From NCBI GenBank assembly GCA_934464615.1, contig CAKSKA010000001.1, positions 103,159 through 167,158 on the forward strand: a stretch of DNA of 64,000 nucleotides, written 5' to 3'. Both the position numbers and the translations under genes were made by a program. The DNA is from an uncultured Eubacteriales bacterium. Its GTDB lineage: Bacteria; Bacillota; Clostridia; Oscillospirales; Acutalibacteraceae. Within the stretch, counting starts at the first letter, position 1. Each line of letters starts with the position of its first letter. Below, piece by piece: positions 10,050 to 18,169 of this stretch. The notes below the pieces were generated by a model. It did not search any database. It was not told where the DNA came from and saw nothing but the letters and a program-made list of their open reading frames with translations.

Positions 10050-11246
10050 GTGGATTATTCGGTATTTTTTGAATTGGCAATAATAATTGTTGCCGCTAAA
10101 ACGATGGGGATATTGGCGCGCAAAATAAATGTGCCGCAGGTTGTGGGAGAAATTATTGCAGGTTTACTTATAGGTCCTAATGTTTTGGGGCTTGTAAAAC
10201 CGAGCGAATTTTTATCGTACATGGCGGAACTCGGCGTTATAATGCTTATGTTTGTTGCCGGACTTGAAACCGATTTAAAGGAAATAAAGCGCAGCGGATT
10301 TAAAGCGCTGCTTATAGCCGCCTGCGGTGTTGTTGTTCCGTTTGTTTTAGGATATTTGCTGTACAGCGTTTTTTACGGGTTCGCACCTGTCGGCAGCGAT
10401 AAATTCCTTGAAGGTTTGTTTATAGGCACGGTCATTACCGCTACGTCGGTCGGCATAACGGTAGAAGTTATGAGGGAACTCGGCAAGTTAAAAAGCGCTG
10501 TGGGAACAATAGTGCTAAGCGCCGCAATAATTGATGATGTAATAGGCATTGTTGTGTTGGCGGTTGTATCGGGACTTAAAGGCAGTGCGTCGGCTGCGGG
10601 GGCAGTATTGCTGCGTACGCTGTTATTCCTTGTTTTCAGCGCGGTTGTTGCGTTTATAGGTTATCATCTGTTTAAATGGCTTGATAAAATATCCCCTCAC
10701 CGCAGGCGTATCCCGATATTTTCCCTTGCTTTTTGCTTTGCAATGGCGTATCTGGCGGAGCATTTTTTCGGAATTGCGGATATTACGGGTGCATATTTGG
10801 CAGGTGTAATTCTCTGCAATATAAACGATGCGGCGTATATTGCGCGCAGAGTGGATATAAACTCCTATATGCTTTTCAGTCCCATATTTTTTGCAGGAAT
10901 AGGCATTAAAACCGATTTAACGGGTATAGACGCCGGTATAATAGTTTTCGGTCTGGCATTTGTTGCGGTTGCAATGGCGGCAAAAGTTATAGGCTGCGGC
11001 GGTATGGCAAAGCTGTGCGGATTTTCGGTTTCGGATTCTCTTAAAATCGGCGCCGGTATGATGGCGCGCGGAGAAGTGGCGTTGATAGTCGCCCAAAAGG
11101 GTATGTCGGCAGGCGTTATAGAACAACGGTTTTTTGCGCCGGTAATAATGCTTATAATAATTTCATCCGTATTAACGCCTATAGTTTTAAAATTGCTTTA
11201 CAGAAAAAAAGAAAAAACCGAACCTGTGGGCACTCCGGCACAATAA
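10050..11246 (+). CDS. Cation:proton antiporter (CPA2 / Na_H_exchanger family)
   Basis: About 11-12 TM segments with a family-typical N-terminus (AAKTMGILARKINVPQVVGEIIAGLLIGP). GTG 10050 is preferred because AAAGGGA lies 9 nt upstream. The longer ATG 9942 ORF has a non-homologous leader. Confidence 0.85.
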   Translation: MDYSVFFELAIIIVAAKTMGILARKINVPQVVGEIIAGLLIGPNVLGLVKPSEFLSYMAELGVIMLMFVAGLETDLKEIKRSGFKALLIAACGVVVPFVLGYLLYSVFYGFAPVGSDKFLEGLFIGTVITATSVGITVEVMRELGKLKSAVGTIVLSAAIIDDVIGIVVLAVVSGLKGSASAAGAVLLRTLLFLVFSAVVAFIGYHLFKWLDKISPHRRRIPIFSLAFCFAMAYLAEHFFGIADITGAYLAGVILCNINDAAYIARRVDINSYMLFSPIFFAGIGIKTDLTGIDAGIIVFGLAFVAVAMAAKVIGCGGMAKLCGFSVSDSLKIGAGMMARGEVALIVAQKGMSAGVIEQRFFAPVIMLIIISSVLTPIVLKLLYRKKEKTEPVGTPAQ

Positions 11247-11277
11247 AAAAATCACCGCTTCGGCGGTGATTTTTTTA
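11245..11277. terminator. Intrinsic terminator (bidirectional)
   Basis: AAAAAA-ATCACCGC-ttcg-GCGGTGAT-TTTTTT. Confidence 0.75.
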
Positions 11278-11305
11278 TGTTTTGTGTAACAGTTTAGAGT
11301 CCTGT

Positions 11306-11881
11306 TTAATCATTCTCTTCTGCCTTGTAGTTTTTTAAGAATGTTTCCCACTCCTCTTCGGTCATATCGTCAGTGTGGAATCTTTCGTAAAGGTTGTTAA
11401 TAACTTTTTTGGTGTCGCGCTTAATCAGATGTTTTTCCGTAGCGGAAATTTTGGCCATCCATATGCTTACAATAAATAAAAGCACTACGGGCAAAAGGTG
11501 CTGCCAGTAAAATGCCGGTTTTATATCAACGGCGCCGGAATTCAGTATAAGCAAATCTTTAAGCGGTGAAAATTTTAAAACCGTGGCAATTATGTTTATT
11601 AAAAGCGAAATTAAATCCAGTTTAAAAAACATAAGCACAAAAGCGACGGTATATAAAACCAGAGAAGCAACGGTATTTACAAGGTAATATGTCGGCGAAC
11701 TTGTTACAAATTTAATGCCAAGCGCCAATATTATACCGAAAACAATAAGATAAGCGTAAAAGATTATATAAAAAATTCTTAAATTACAATAAATGCGCTC
11801 GTTTGTCTTGGGGTAGCATATTGATTTTTTGTACTGATATTTTTCAACCAGACGCATAATATTTTCCTGTTGTTTCATCAA
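11306..11881 (-). CDS. Hypothetical membrane protein
   Basis: 191-aa ORF with 4-5 hydrophobic segments and an acidic tail. No family recognised. Confidence 0.55.
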   Translation of the reverse strand: MMKQQENIMRLVEKYQYKKSICYPKTNERIYCNLRIFYIIFYAYLIVFGIILALGIKFVTSSPTYYLVNTVASLVLYTVAFVLMFFKLDLISLLINIIATVLKFSPLKDLLILNSGAVDIKPAFYWQHLLPVVLLFIVSIWMAKISATEKHLIKRDTKKVINNLYERFHTDDMTEEEWETFLKNYKAEEND

Positions 11882-11949
11882 AACACCTCGCTAATATTAT
11901 ACAGGCAAAATATTGTGTTGACAAGTACATTTTTAAAGGGTTATAATCT

Positions 11950-12462
11950 TTGCCGGGAGATGTGAATAATGGCAAGTTTAAATATAGTAATGGTAGAGCG
12001 GAAATTCCGCAAAACACCGGCAATGTTGCGCGTACCTGCGCGGCAACGGGGGCGCGGCTTCATCTTGTAGGACCTTTGGGCTTTAAAATAGAGGATAAAA
12101 AACTTAAACGTGCGGGACTTGACTACTGGCATTTGCTTGATATTTCTTATTACGATAATTTAAGCGATTTTTTTAAAAAGAACAAAGGAGAGTTTTACTT
12201 TTTTACCACAAAGGCGCTGCACACCCACACACAAATAAATTATCCGGATAACTGTTATTTGTTTTTCGGAAAGGAAACGAAAGGCCTGCCCGAAACACTG
12301 CTGCTTGAAAACAGAGACAGGTGCGTGAGGATACCCATGATAAGCGATGCGCGAAGTCTTAATTTGTCAAATTCCGTGGCAATAGGGGTTTATGAGGTGC
12401 TGCGGCAGTGGGATTATCCGCTTTTGCAGAATTTCGGACAGCTGCACGAATATAAATGGTAA
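11950..12462 (+). CDS. trmL: tRNA (cytidine/uridine-2'-O)-methyltransferase TrmL (SpoU family), apparent frameshift near the 5' end
   Basis: EIPQNTGNVARTCAATGARLHLVGPLGF...RAGLDYWH...SLNLSNSVAIGVYE matches TrmL/CspR. The conserved N-terminal strand (MASLNIVMVE) is encoded from ATG 11969 in a different frame (see findings). Confidence 0.8.
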   Translation: MPGDVNNGKFKYSNGRAEIPQNTGNVARTCAATGARLHLVGPLGFKIEDKKLKRAGLDYWHLLDISYYDNLSDFFKKNKGEFYFFTTKALHTHTQINYPDNCYLFFGKETKGLPETLLLENRDRCVRIPMISDARSLNLSNSVAIGVYEVLRQWDYPLLQNFGQLHEYKW

Positions 12463-12536
12463 AAAAGTGTTGAAAATTTACAAAATTGTGTTAAAATAAT
12501 AATGTATGAAAATAAACGGATAAAGGAGTTTTTTCA

Positions 12537-13841
12537 ATGGACGCACTCAACAAAAAAACTATTGAGGATATTGATGTTGCAGGCAAAAAAGTTCTTGTAC
12601 GCTGCGATTTCAATGTTCCGATGAAAGACGGCAAAATCACAAGCGAAACACGCATTATCGGCGCGCTTCCGACAATTAAGTATTTGCTTGACCATAATGC
12701 AAAGGTAATCCTTTGCTCGCATATGGGTAAGCCGCACAGCATTTTTACCGAGGGCTTCGGTCTTTCCAAAAAGGAAAAGAAAGCTGTAGAAGCTTTGCCC
12801 GAAAACGAGAGAGCTGCCGCAACCGCAAAGTATCTTGAAAAAGCAGCTGCGGAAGACGCAAAGAAATTTACTTTAAAACCCGTTGCGGATAAACTTAACG
12901 AATATCTTGACGGCAAGGTTACATTTGCTTCCGATATAATAGGCGACGACGCAAAAGCTAAGGTTGCCGCTTTAACAGACGGCAAGGCGGTATTGCTTGA
13001 GAATGTACGCTTTGACGCAAGAGAAACCAAGAACGATCCCGAGTTTGCAAAAGCGCTCGCTTCCCTGGCTGATATATATGTAAACGACGCATTCGGCACC
13101 GCACATCGCGCACACGCTTCAACCACCGGCGTTGCAGATTATTTACCTGCAGTTTGCGGTTACCTTATCCAGAAAGAAATAACCGTTATGGGTAATGCGC
13201 TTGCAAATCCCGTGCGTCCTTTTGTTGCCGTACTCGGCGGTGCAAAGGTTTCGGATAAAATCGGCGTTATAGAAAACCTTATTGATAAGGTTGATACACT
13301 TATCATAGGCGGCGGTATGGCATATACGTTCTTCCGAGCACAAGGCTCTACAACAGGTACTTCGCTTTGCGAAGAAGATAAACTTGACTTGGCAAACAGC
13401 CTTATTGCAAAAGCAAGGGCAAAGGGCGTTAATTTCGTACTTCCCGTAGATAATATAGTAGGACGCGAGTATGATGAGAATACTGTAAATATGAGAATTT
13501 ATTCCGACTCCATTCCGGACGGCTGGATGGGACTTGACATAGGACCTGTTACACAGGAACTTTTCTCAAAGACCATTCAGGGTGCAGGCACTGTTATATG
13601 GAACGGACCGATGGGCGTTTCCGAATGGAAGAACTTTGCCGCGGGAACAGAAGCGGTAGCTAAAGCTGTTGCTGAATCGGGCGCTATTTCCATCATCGGC
13701 GGCGGCGATTCCGCTGCTGCGGTACAAAACCTCGGTTATGCCGACAAAATGACTCATATTTCAACAGGTGGCGGCGCTTCGCTTGAATTCCTTGAGGGTA
13801 AGGAACTTCCCGGTATAGCGGCGCTTAACGATAAGGATTAG
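12537..13841 (+). CDS. pgk: Phosphoglycerate kinase
   Basis: PGK motifs [30 protein letters not shown] and [14 protein letters not shown]. At 434 aa it is longer than usual because of an N-domain insertion (see findings). Confidence 0.97.
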   Translation: MDALNKKTIEDIDVAGKKVLVRCDFNVPMKDGKITSETRIIGALPTIKYLLDHNAKVILCSHMGKPHSIFTEGFGLSKKEKKAVEALPENERAAATAKYLEKAAAEDAKKFTLKPVADKLNEYLDGKVTFASDIIGDDAKAKVAALTDGKAVLLENVRFDARETKNDPEFAKALASLADIYVNDAFGTAHRAHASTTGVADYLPAVCGYLIQKEITVMGNALANPVRPFVAVLGGAKVSDKIGVIENLIDKVDTLIIGGGMAYTFFRAQGSTTGTSLCEEDKLDLANSLIAKARAKGVNFVLPVDNIVGREYDENTVNMRIYSDSIPDGWMGLDIGPVTQELFSKTIQGAGTVIWNGPMGVSEWKNFAAGTEAVAKAVAESGAISIIGGGDSAAAVQNLGYADKMTHISTGGGASLEFLEGKELPGIAALNDKD

Positions 13842-13897
13842 TAAATTTAAAGGCTGACGAATTTTTCCGTCAGCCTTTTCGGATAGGAGATATTTAT

Positions 13898-14665
13898 ATG
13901 AATAAAGCTAAAAGAAAAACAGTTATTGCAGGTAACTGGAAAATGAACAACACACCGGCACAGACAACAGAGCTTATCAATGCTATGAAACCCCTTGTTA
14001 AAGACGCTGACTGCGACGTTGTACTTTGCGTACCGTTTGTTGATATTGCTGCCGCAACAAAAGCGGCTGAGAGCTCAAACATTAAAATCGGTGCCGAAAA
14101 TGTGCATTTTAAGGCATCGGGAGCATATACCGGCGAAGTTTCCGCCGAAATGCTTACCGCGTGCGGCGTTGAATATGTTGTAATCGGTCACAGCGAAAGA
14201 AGAACTTACTTCGGCGAGACCGACCAGACCGTTAATCTGCGTACTTTGGCTGCGCTTAACGCCGGACTTAAGGCAATTATTTGCGTAGGCGAAACATTAG
14301 AGCAGAGGGAACTCGGCTATACCGAAACTCTGCTTAAATTCCAGACAAAAATGGCGCTTACAAATGTTACGGGCGAGCAGCTTAAAAACGTAATTATAGC
14401 TTATGAGCCTGTTTGGGCAATAGGCACAGGCGTTACCGCTACGGCAGAACAGGCAGACGAAGGCAACGGATATGTACGTGCGGCAATTGCGGAAGTTTTC
14501 GGCAATGACGCTGCAGAATCCGTTACGGTACAGTACGGCGGTTCTATGAATGCTAAGAATGCGGAAGAACTGCTCGGCAAAACAAATGTTGACGGCGGAC
14601 TTATAGGCGGCGCATCTTTAAAGGCGGAAGATTTTTCCGTTATAGTTAAAGCCGCTTCAAAATAA
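13898..14665 (+). CDS. tpiA: Triosephosphate isomerase
   Basis: AGNWKMN, VIGHSERR and AYEPVWAIGTG motifs. Confidence 0.97.
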   Translation: MNKAKRKTVIAGNWKMNNTPAQTTELINAMKPLVKDADCDVVLCVPFVDIAAATKAAESSNIKIGAENVHFKASGAYTGEVSAEMLTACGVEYVVIGHSERRTYFGETDQTVNLRTLAALNAGLKAIICVGETLEQRELGYTETLLKFQTKMALTNVTGEQLKNVIIAYEPVWAIGTGVTATAEQADEGNGYVRAAIAEVFGNDAAESVTVQYGGSMNAKNAEELLGKTNVDGGLIGGASLKAEDFSVIVKAASK

Positions 14666-14671
14666 GAATGG

Positions 14672-16213
14672 GTGAAAAATATGAAAAAACCGGTTGTTTT
14701 AACAATTATGGACGGATTCGGTATAAATAAGGAGCATAAGGGCAATGCGATTTATGCTGCAAACACACCGCATCTTGACGAAATATTTAAGGATTGGCCT
14801 ACAACCCAGATAGGCGCTTCGGGCATGGACGTAGGTCTGCCCGACGGACAAATGGGTAACAGCGAAGTCGGACACACAAATATCGGTGCCGGCAGAGTTG
14901 TTTATCAGGAACTTACCCGTATTACAAAATCAATAAAGGACGGGGACTTCTTTAAAAACGAGGCGTTTTTAAAGGCAGTGGAAAACGTAAAGAAAACCGG
15001 CGGTGCGCTGCACCTTATGGGACTTCTCTCAAACGGCGGCGTACACAGCCATATTGAGCATATGTTTGCTTTGGTTGAACTTGCAAAACGCGAGGGAATT
15101 GAAAAAGTTTATATCCATGCTTTGCTTGACGGACGCGATGTTCCGCCGGCTTCCGCAGCGGATTTTATTGATGAAACAAATGCCGAATTAAAGGAAATCG
15201 GCATAGGAAAAATCGCTACCGTTATGGGCAGATTTTACGGTATGGACCGCGACAACCGTTGGGAACGCGTAGGCAAGGCGTATGCCGCACTTGTATACGG
15301 TGAGGGTATTACCACCGACGATGCCGCAGCAGCCGTAAGGAAATCATATACAGAGATTGACGCCGACGGCAAACATATAACCGACGAGTTTGTTCTGCCT
15401 ACCGTAGTAAACGGTACCGAAAGGATTAAATCGGGCGACAGCGTTATATTCTTCAATTTCCGTCCCGACAGAGCAAGGGAAATTACCCGCACATTTGTAG
15501 ATCCCGATTTTACGGGATTTGAAAGAAAAACAGGCAAACTTGACCTTTGCTATGTTTGTATGACGCAGTACGACGCTTCTATGCCGAATGTTGAAGTTGC
15601 CTTTAAACCGGAATCGCTTGATAACACATTGGGCGAGTATCTTGCTAAAAACGATATGACGCAACTGCGTATTGCCGAAACAGAAAAGTATGCGCATGTA
15701 ACCTTCTTTTTCAACGGCGGACGTGAGGTTGAATTTAAGGGTGAGGATAGAATTCTTGTTAATTCTCCGAAAGTTGCAACCTACGATTTACAGCCTGAGA
15801 TGAGCGCCGTTCCGGTTTGCGATAAGGTTTGCGATGCTATTGAAAGCGGCAAGTATGATGTTGTTATATTGAATTTTGCAAACTGCGATATGGTAGGACA
15901 CACAGGCGTGTTTGATGCGGCGGTAAAGGCTGTTGAAACGGTTGATACCTGCGTAGGACGCGTAAAGGATTCCACACTTAAAATGGGCGGTGTTATGTTG
16001 CTGACGGCAGACCACGGCAATGCAGACTGCATGGTAGCTCCGGACGGCTCTCCGTTTACGGCGCATACAACCAACCCCGTTCCGTTTGCCGTAATAGGCA
16101 GGCAGTGCAAACTGCGCAGCGACGGCAGACTCTGCGATATTTCACCTACAATATTAAAGCTGCTCGGCTTGCCGCAGCCCAAAGAAATGACGGGCATTTC
16201 TATAGTTGAATAG
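14672..16213 (+). CDS. gpmI: 2,3-bisphosphoglycerate-independent phosphoglycerate mutase
   Basis: iPGM motifs MDGFG, NSEVGHTNIGAGR, GGVHSH and ADHGNA. Length 513 aa. Confidence 0.97.
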   Translation: MKNMKKPVVLTIMDGFGINKEHKGNAIYAANTPHLDEIFKDWPTTQIGASGMDVGLPDGQMGNSEVGHTNIGAGRVVYQELTRITKSIKDGDFFKNEAFLKAVENVKKTGGALHLMGLLSNGGVHSHIEHMFALVELAKREGIEKVYIHALLDGRDVPPASAADFIDETNAELKEIGIGKIATVMGRFYGMDRDNRWERVGKAYAALVYGEGITTDDAAAAVRKSYTEIDADGKHITDEFVLPTVVNGTERIKSGDSVIFFNFRPDRAREITRTFVDPDFTGFERKTGKLDLCYVCMTQYDASMPNVEVAFKPESLDNTLGEYLAKNDMTQLRIAETEKYAHVTFFFNGGREVEFKGEDRILVNSPKVATYDLQPEMSAVPVCDKVCDAIESGKYDVVILNFANCDMVGHTGVFDAAVKAVETVDTCVGRVKDSTLKMGGVMLLTADHGNADCMVAPDGSPFTAHTTNPVPFAVIGRQCKLRSDGRLCDISPTILKLLGLPQPKEMTGISIVE

Positions 16214-16245
16214 GAATTGCGTAAGAATAAAGGGCTTTTAAAATG

Positions 16246-16286
16246 AAATACGCCCCAAAAGTATAACACTTTTGGGGCGTATTTTT
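16246..16286. repeat. 41-bp direct repeat copy 1 = bidirectional terminator hairpin after gpmI
   Basis: AAATACGCCCCAAAAGTATAACACTTTTGGGGCGTATTTTT: a 14-bp stem with A/T-run flanks. Identical to 18112-18152. Confidence 0.9.
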
Positions 16287-16316
16287 ATCTGTACTTATCC
16301 TGACGAACAGTAAAAA

Positions 16317-16973
16317 TTATTTTTCAACAACATCTTTAACGATTTTGTCAAAATATTTGGATACTATGTGCAGACAAAATTCTTTCATCAAGGTCTCGTT
16401 TTCCTGCTTACTGCCATATATTTTGCCTGTTATCGGTGATTCCAATTCAACCATAAAATTCTGTAATATTGCCATAAAATCTTTTCCTGCAATAATATCC
16501 TTATATCGTTTAATGTACTGCACCAGTATGCCAAAGCGCTCGTGCGACAGTAAAGAATTTACTATTTCCAAAGTTTCTTTTGCATTGTTCATATTATATG
16601 GCAAAACATCTTTTTCAAAATCAAGCCCAAGTTTTTCACAATCATCTCTCATAAAGTTGCCTTTGCCTTGTGCTAATAATTGTAACCCCAGAAAATACTT
16701 TGTTGTGTTGTCGCTAAGTCCTAATTGATTTGCCGTCTTTTCGGCAATTTTGTCCTCGCGAATATCACTGTTCCCAATTAAGTAATCACAAGAAACTCCA
16801 AGATACTTTGCCATTTTCCCGGCAAGAATAATATCCGGATTGCGTTTTCCCAATACATAGAAGTTGATACTCTGCCGTGAACATTCAACAGCATCGGCAA
16901 ACGCACCTTGCGATATGCCTTTTTCAATTAGTAATTGTTCTAATCTTTTTCCGAAAATTTGTTGCGTCGGCAT
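16317..16973 (-). CDS. XRE-family transcriptional regulator (HTH_3 N-terminus, uncharacterised C-terminal domain)
   Basis: HTH region FGKRLEQLLIEKGISQGAFADAVECSRQSINFYVLGKRNPD. ATG 16973 is preferred because AAAGGGA lies 8 nt upstream. Confidence 0.8.
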   Translation of the reverse strand: MPTQQIFGKRLEQLLIEKGISQGAFADAVECSRQSINFYVLGKRNPDIILAGKMAKYLGVSCDYLIGNSDIREDKIAEKTANQLGLSDNTTKYFLGLQLLAQGKGNFMRDDCEKLGLDFEKDVLPYNMNNAKETLEIVNSLLSHERFGILVQYIKRYKDIIAGKDFMAILQNFMVELESPITGKIYGSKQENETLMKEFCLHIVSKYFDKIVKDVVEK

Positions 16974-16997
16974 GGGTATAGTCCCTTTCTGTATATA

Positions 16998-17028
16998 TTT
17001 GTAGCGTAACAATATTTTTTGCTACAAA
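16998..17028. promoter_or_regulatory. Inverted repeat, candidate operator for the XRE regulator
   Basis: TTTGTAGC-N15-GCTACAAA. It abuts the -35 of the + strand promoter and lies in the 5' UTR of the regulator gene. Confidence 0.4.
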
Positions 17029-17031
17029 CAG

Positions 17032-17060
17032 TTGACAAATAAATATCTGTAGCATATAAT
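17032..17060 (+). promoter_or_regulatory. Perfect consensus sigma-70 type promoter facing the toxin-immunity genes
   Basis: TTGACA (17032-17037), 17-nt spacer, TATAAT (17055-17060). Confidence 0.7.
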
Positions 17061-17062
17061 AT

Positions 17063-17091
17063 ATTATAGCAACAACAGTTGTCTGTGTCAA
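17063..17091 (-). promoter_or_regulatory. Perfect consensus sigma-70 type promoter facing the XRE regulator gene
   Basis: Minus strand: TTGACA (17091-17086), 17-nt spacer, TATAAT (17068-17063). Confidence 0.7.
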
Positions 17092-17155
17092 GTCTTGCAG
17101 ATTAAGTTTTGCACTTGTTAAAAAGATTATGATATAACGGGAAGAGGCAAACAAA

Positions 17156-17722
17156 TTGAGTTTAGAAACGGCCGTATTAGTTGCGGCGATAAACGGTGAC
17201 AAGTTAGCACCGAAACTATCAGAAAGTATTAATTATAAACATTGGCTTTCTATTGAGGATATGAGACGATGTTTGCCGTGTGCCGAAAATCATGGAAAAA
17301 TTTATCTAATGGAAGAAATAGCAGAACCTCGTACGCCTTTGCATCGTAACTGCCGTCGCTACCTTGAAAAAATGATAACGATAGACGCCGGAACAGCTAC
17401 GGTAAATGGCACCGAAGGGGCGGATTGGACATTAAAATATGACGGTAAATTGCCAAATTACTATGTTACAAAAAAATATGCAAACGAAAAAGGGTGGAAA
17501 GCAGGAAAATGGTTGTCCGATTTTGTACCCACCGTGATGATGACCGGTGGAATTTATAGGAATGACGATAAACACTTACCGCAAAAAAATGGTAGGATTT
17601 GGTATGAGGCAGACATTAACTATAAATCAGGAAAGCGAAACAAACAGCGTGTAGTATGGTCTAATGATGGCTTAATATTTGTCACATATGACCACTACAA
17701 AACATTTTATGAAATTGTATAA
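17156..17722 (+). CDS. Barnase-family ribonuclease toxin with an N-terminal phage MuF C-terminal-motif remnant
   Basis: The C-terminal ~95 aa align with barnase (KLPNYYVTKK...GRIWYEADINYKSGKRNKQRVVWSNDGLIFVTYDHYKTFYEI). Equivalents of K27, E73, R83, R87 and H102 are retained. The N-terminal WLSIEDMRRCLPCAENHGKIY...PLHRNCR resembles the end of the Phage_Mu_F domain. TTG start behind GAAGAGG. Confidence 0.85.
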   Translation: MSLETAVLVAAINGDKLAPKLSESINYKHWLSIEDMRRCLPCAENHGKIYLMEEIAEPRTPLHRNCRRYLEKMITIDAGTATVNGTEGADWTLKYDGKLPNYYVTKKYANEKGWKAGKWLSDFVPTVMMTGGIYRNDDKHLPQKNGRIWYEADINYKSGKRNKQRVVWSNDGLIFVTYDHYKTFYEIV

Positions 17723-17733
17723 AGGTGAAAAAT

Positions 17734-18018
17734 ATGAAAATCATTGAGTTGGATTTAACCGGATGCAGCTGCTTGTACGACATACATGAAAGAATTAAAA
17801 ATGCATTTGATTTCGACAATGAATATGGTCATAATTGGAGTGCTTTTTGGGATATGCTATGGAGCGAGTGCGACGCTGACAAAATAATAATCAAGGGTGA
17901 GAACACTTTACCAAGCGAACTCGATGAAACAATCGCAAAGCTTCATGAAATATTGGAAAGAAACAAAATTGAGCGAGCGACGTTTGATTGGCCGTTTGAT
18001 TATGAAATAATTTGTTAG
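17734..18018 (+). CDS. Barstar-family ribonuclease inhibitor (immunity protein)
   Basis: LYDIHERIKNAFDFDNEYGHNWSAFWDMLWS aligns with barstar [31 protein letters not shown]; W38 and D39 equivalents are kept. Starts 12 nt after the toxin stop. ATG 17734 lies behind AAAGGTG. Confidence 0.8.
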   Translation: MKIIELDLTGCSCLYDIHERIKNAFDFDNEYGHNWSAFWDMLWSECDADKIIIKGENTLPSELDETIAKLHEILERNKIERATFDWPFDYEIIC

Positions 18019-18111
18019 AAATAATAACAGACAAGATAAAAAGCTGTTGTATACTGATTGCATTGCTTTATCTGTTGCATAGCATAATTTTTTGTTTTGT
18101 CGTAAATAAAA

Positions 18112-18152
18112 AAATACGCCCCAAAAGTATAACACTTTTGGGGCGTATTTTT
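18112..18152. repeat. 41-bp direct repeat copy 2 = bidirectional terminator hairpin after kdgK
   Basis: Identical to 16246-16286. Lies 18 nt beyond the kdgK stop. Confidence 0.9.
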
Positions 18153-18169
18153 TATATTTTTGTGTTAAT

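Larger units (their letters stand above)
16287..18111. mobile_element. Putative inserted islet (XRE regulator + barnase toxin + barstar immunity), no recombinase
   Basis: Bounded by the perfect 41-bp duplication. The content is unrelated to the flanking core metabolic operons. The insertion mechanism is not visible. Confidence 0.45.
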
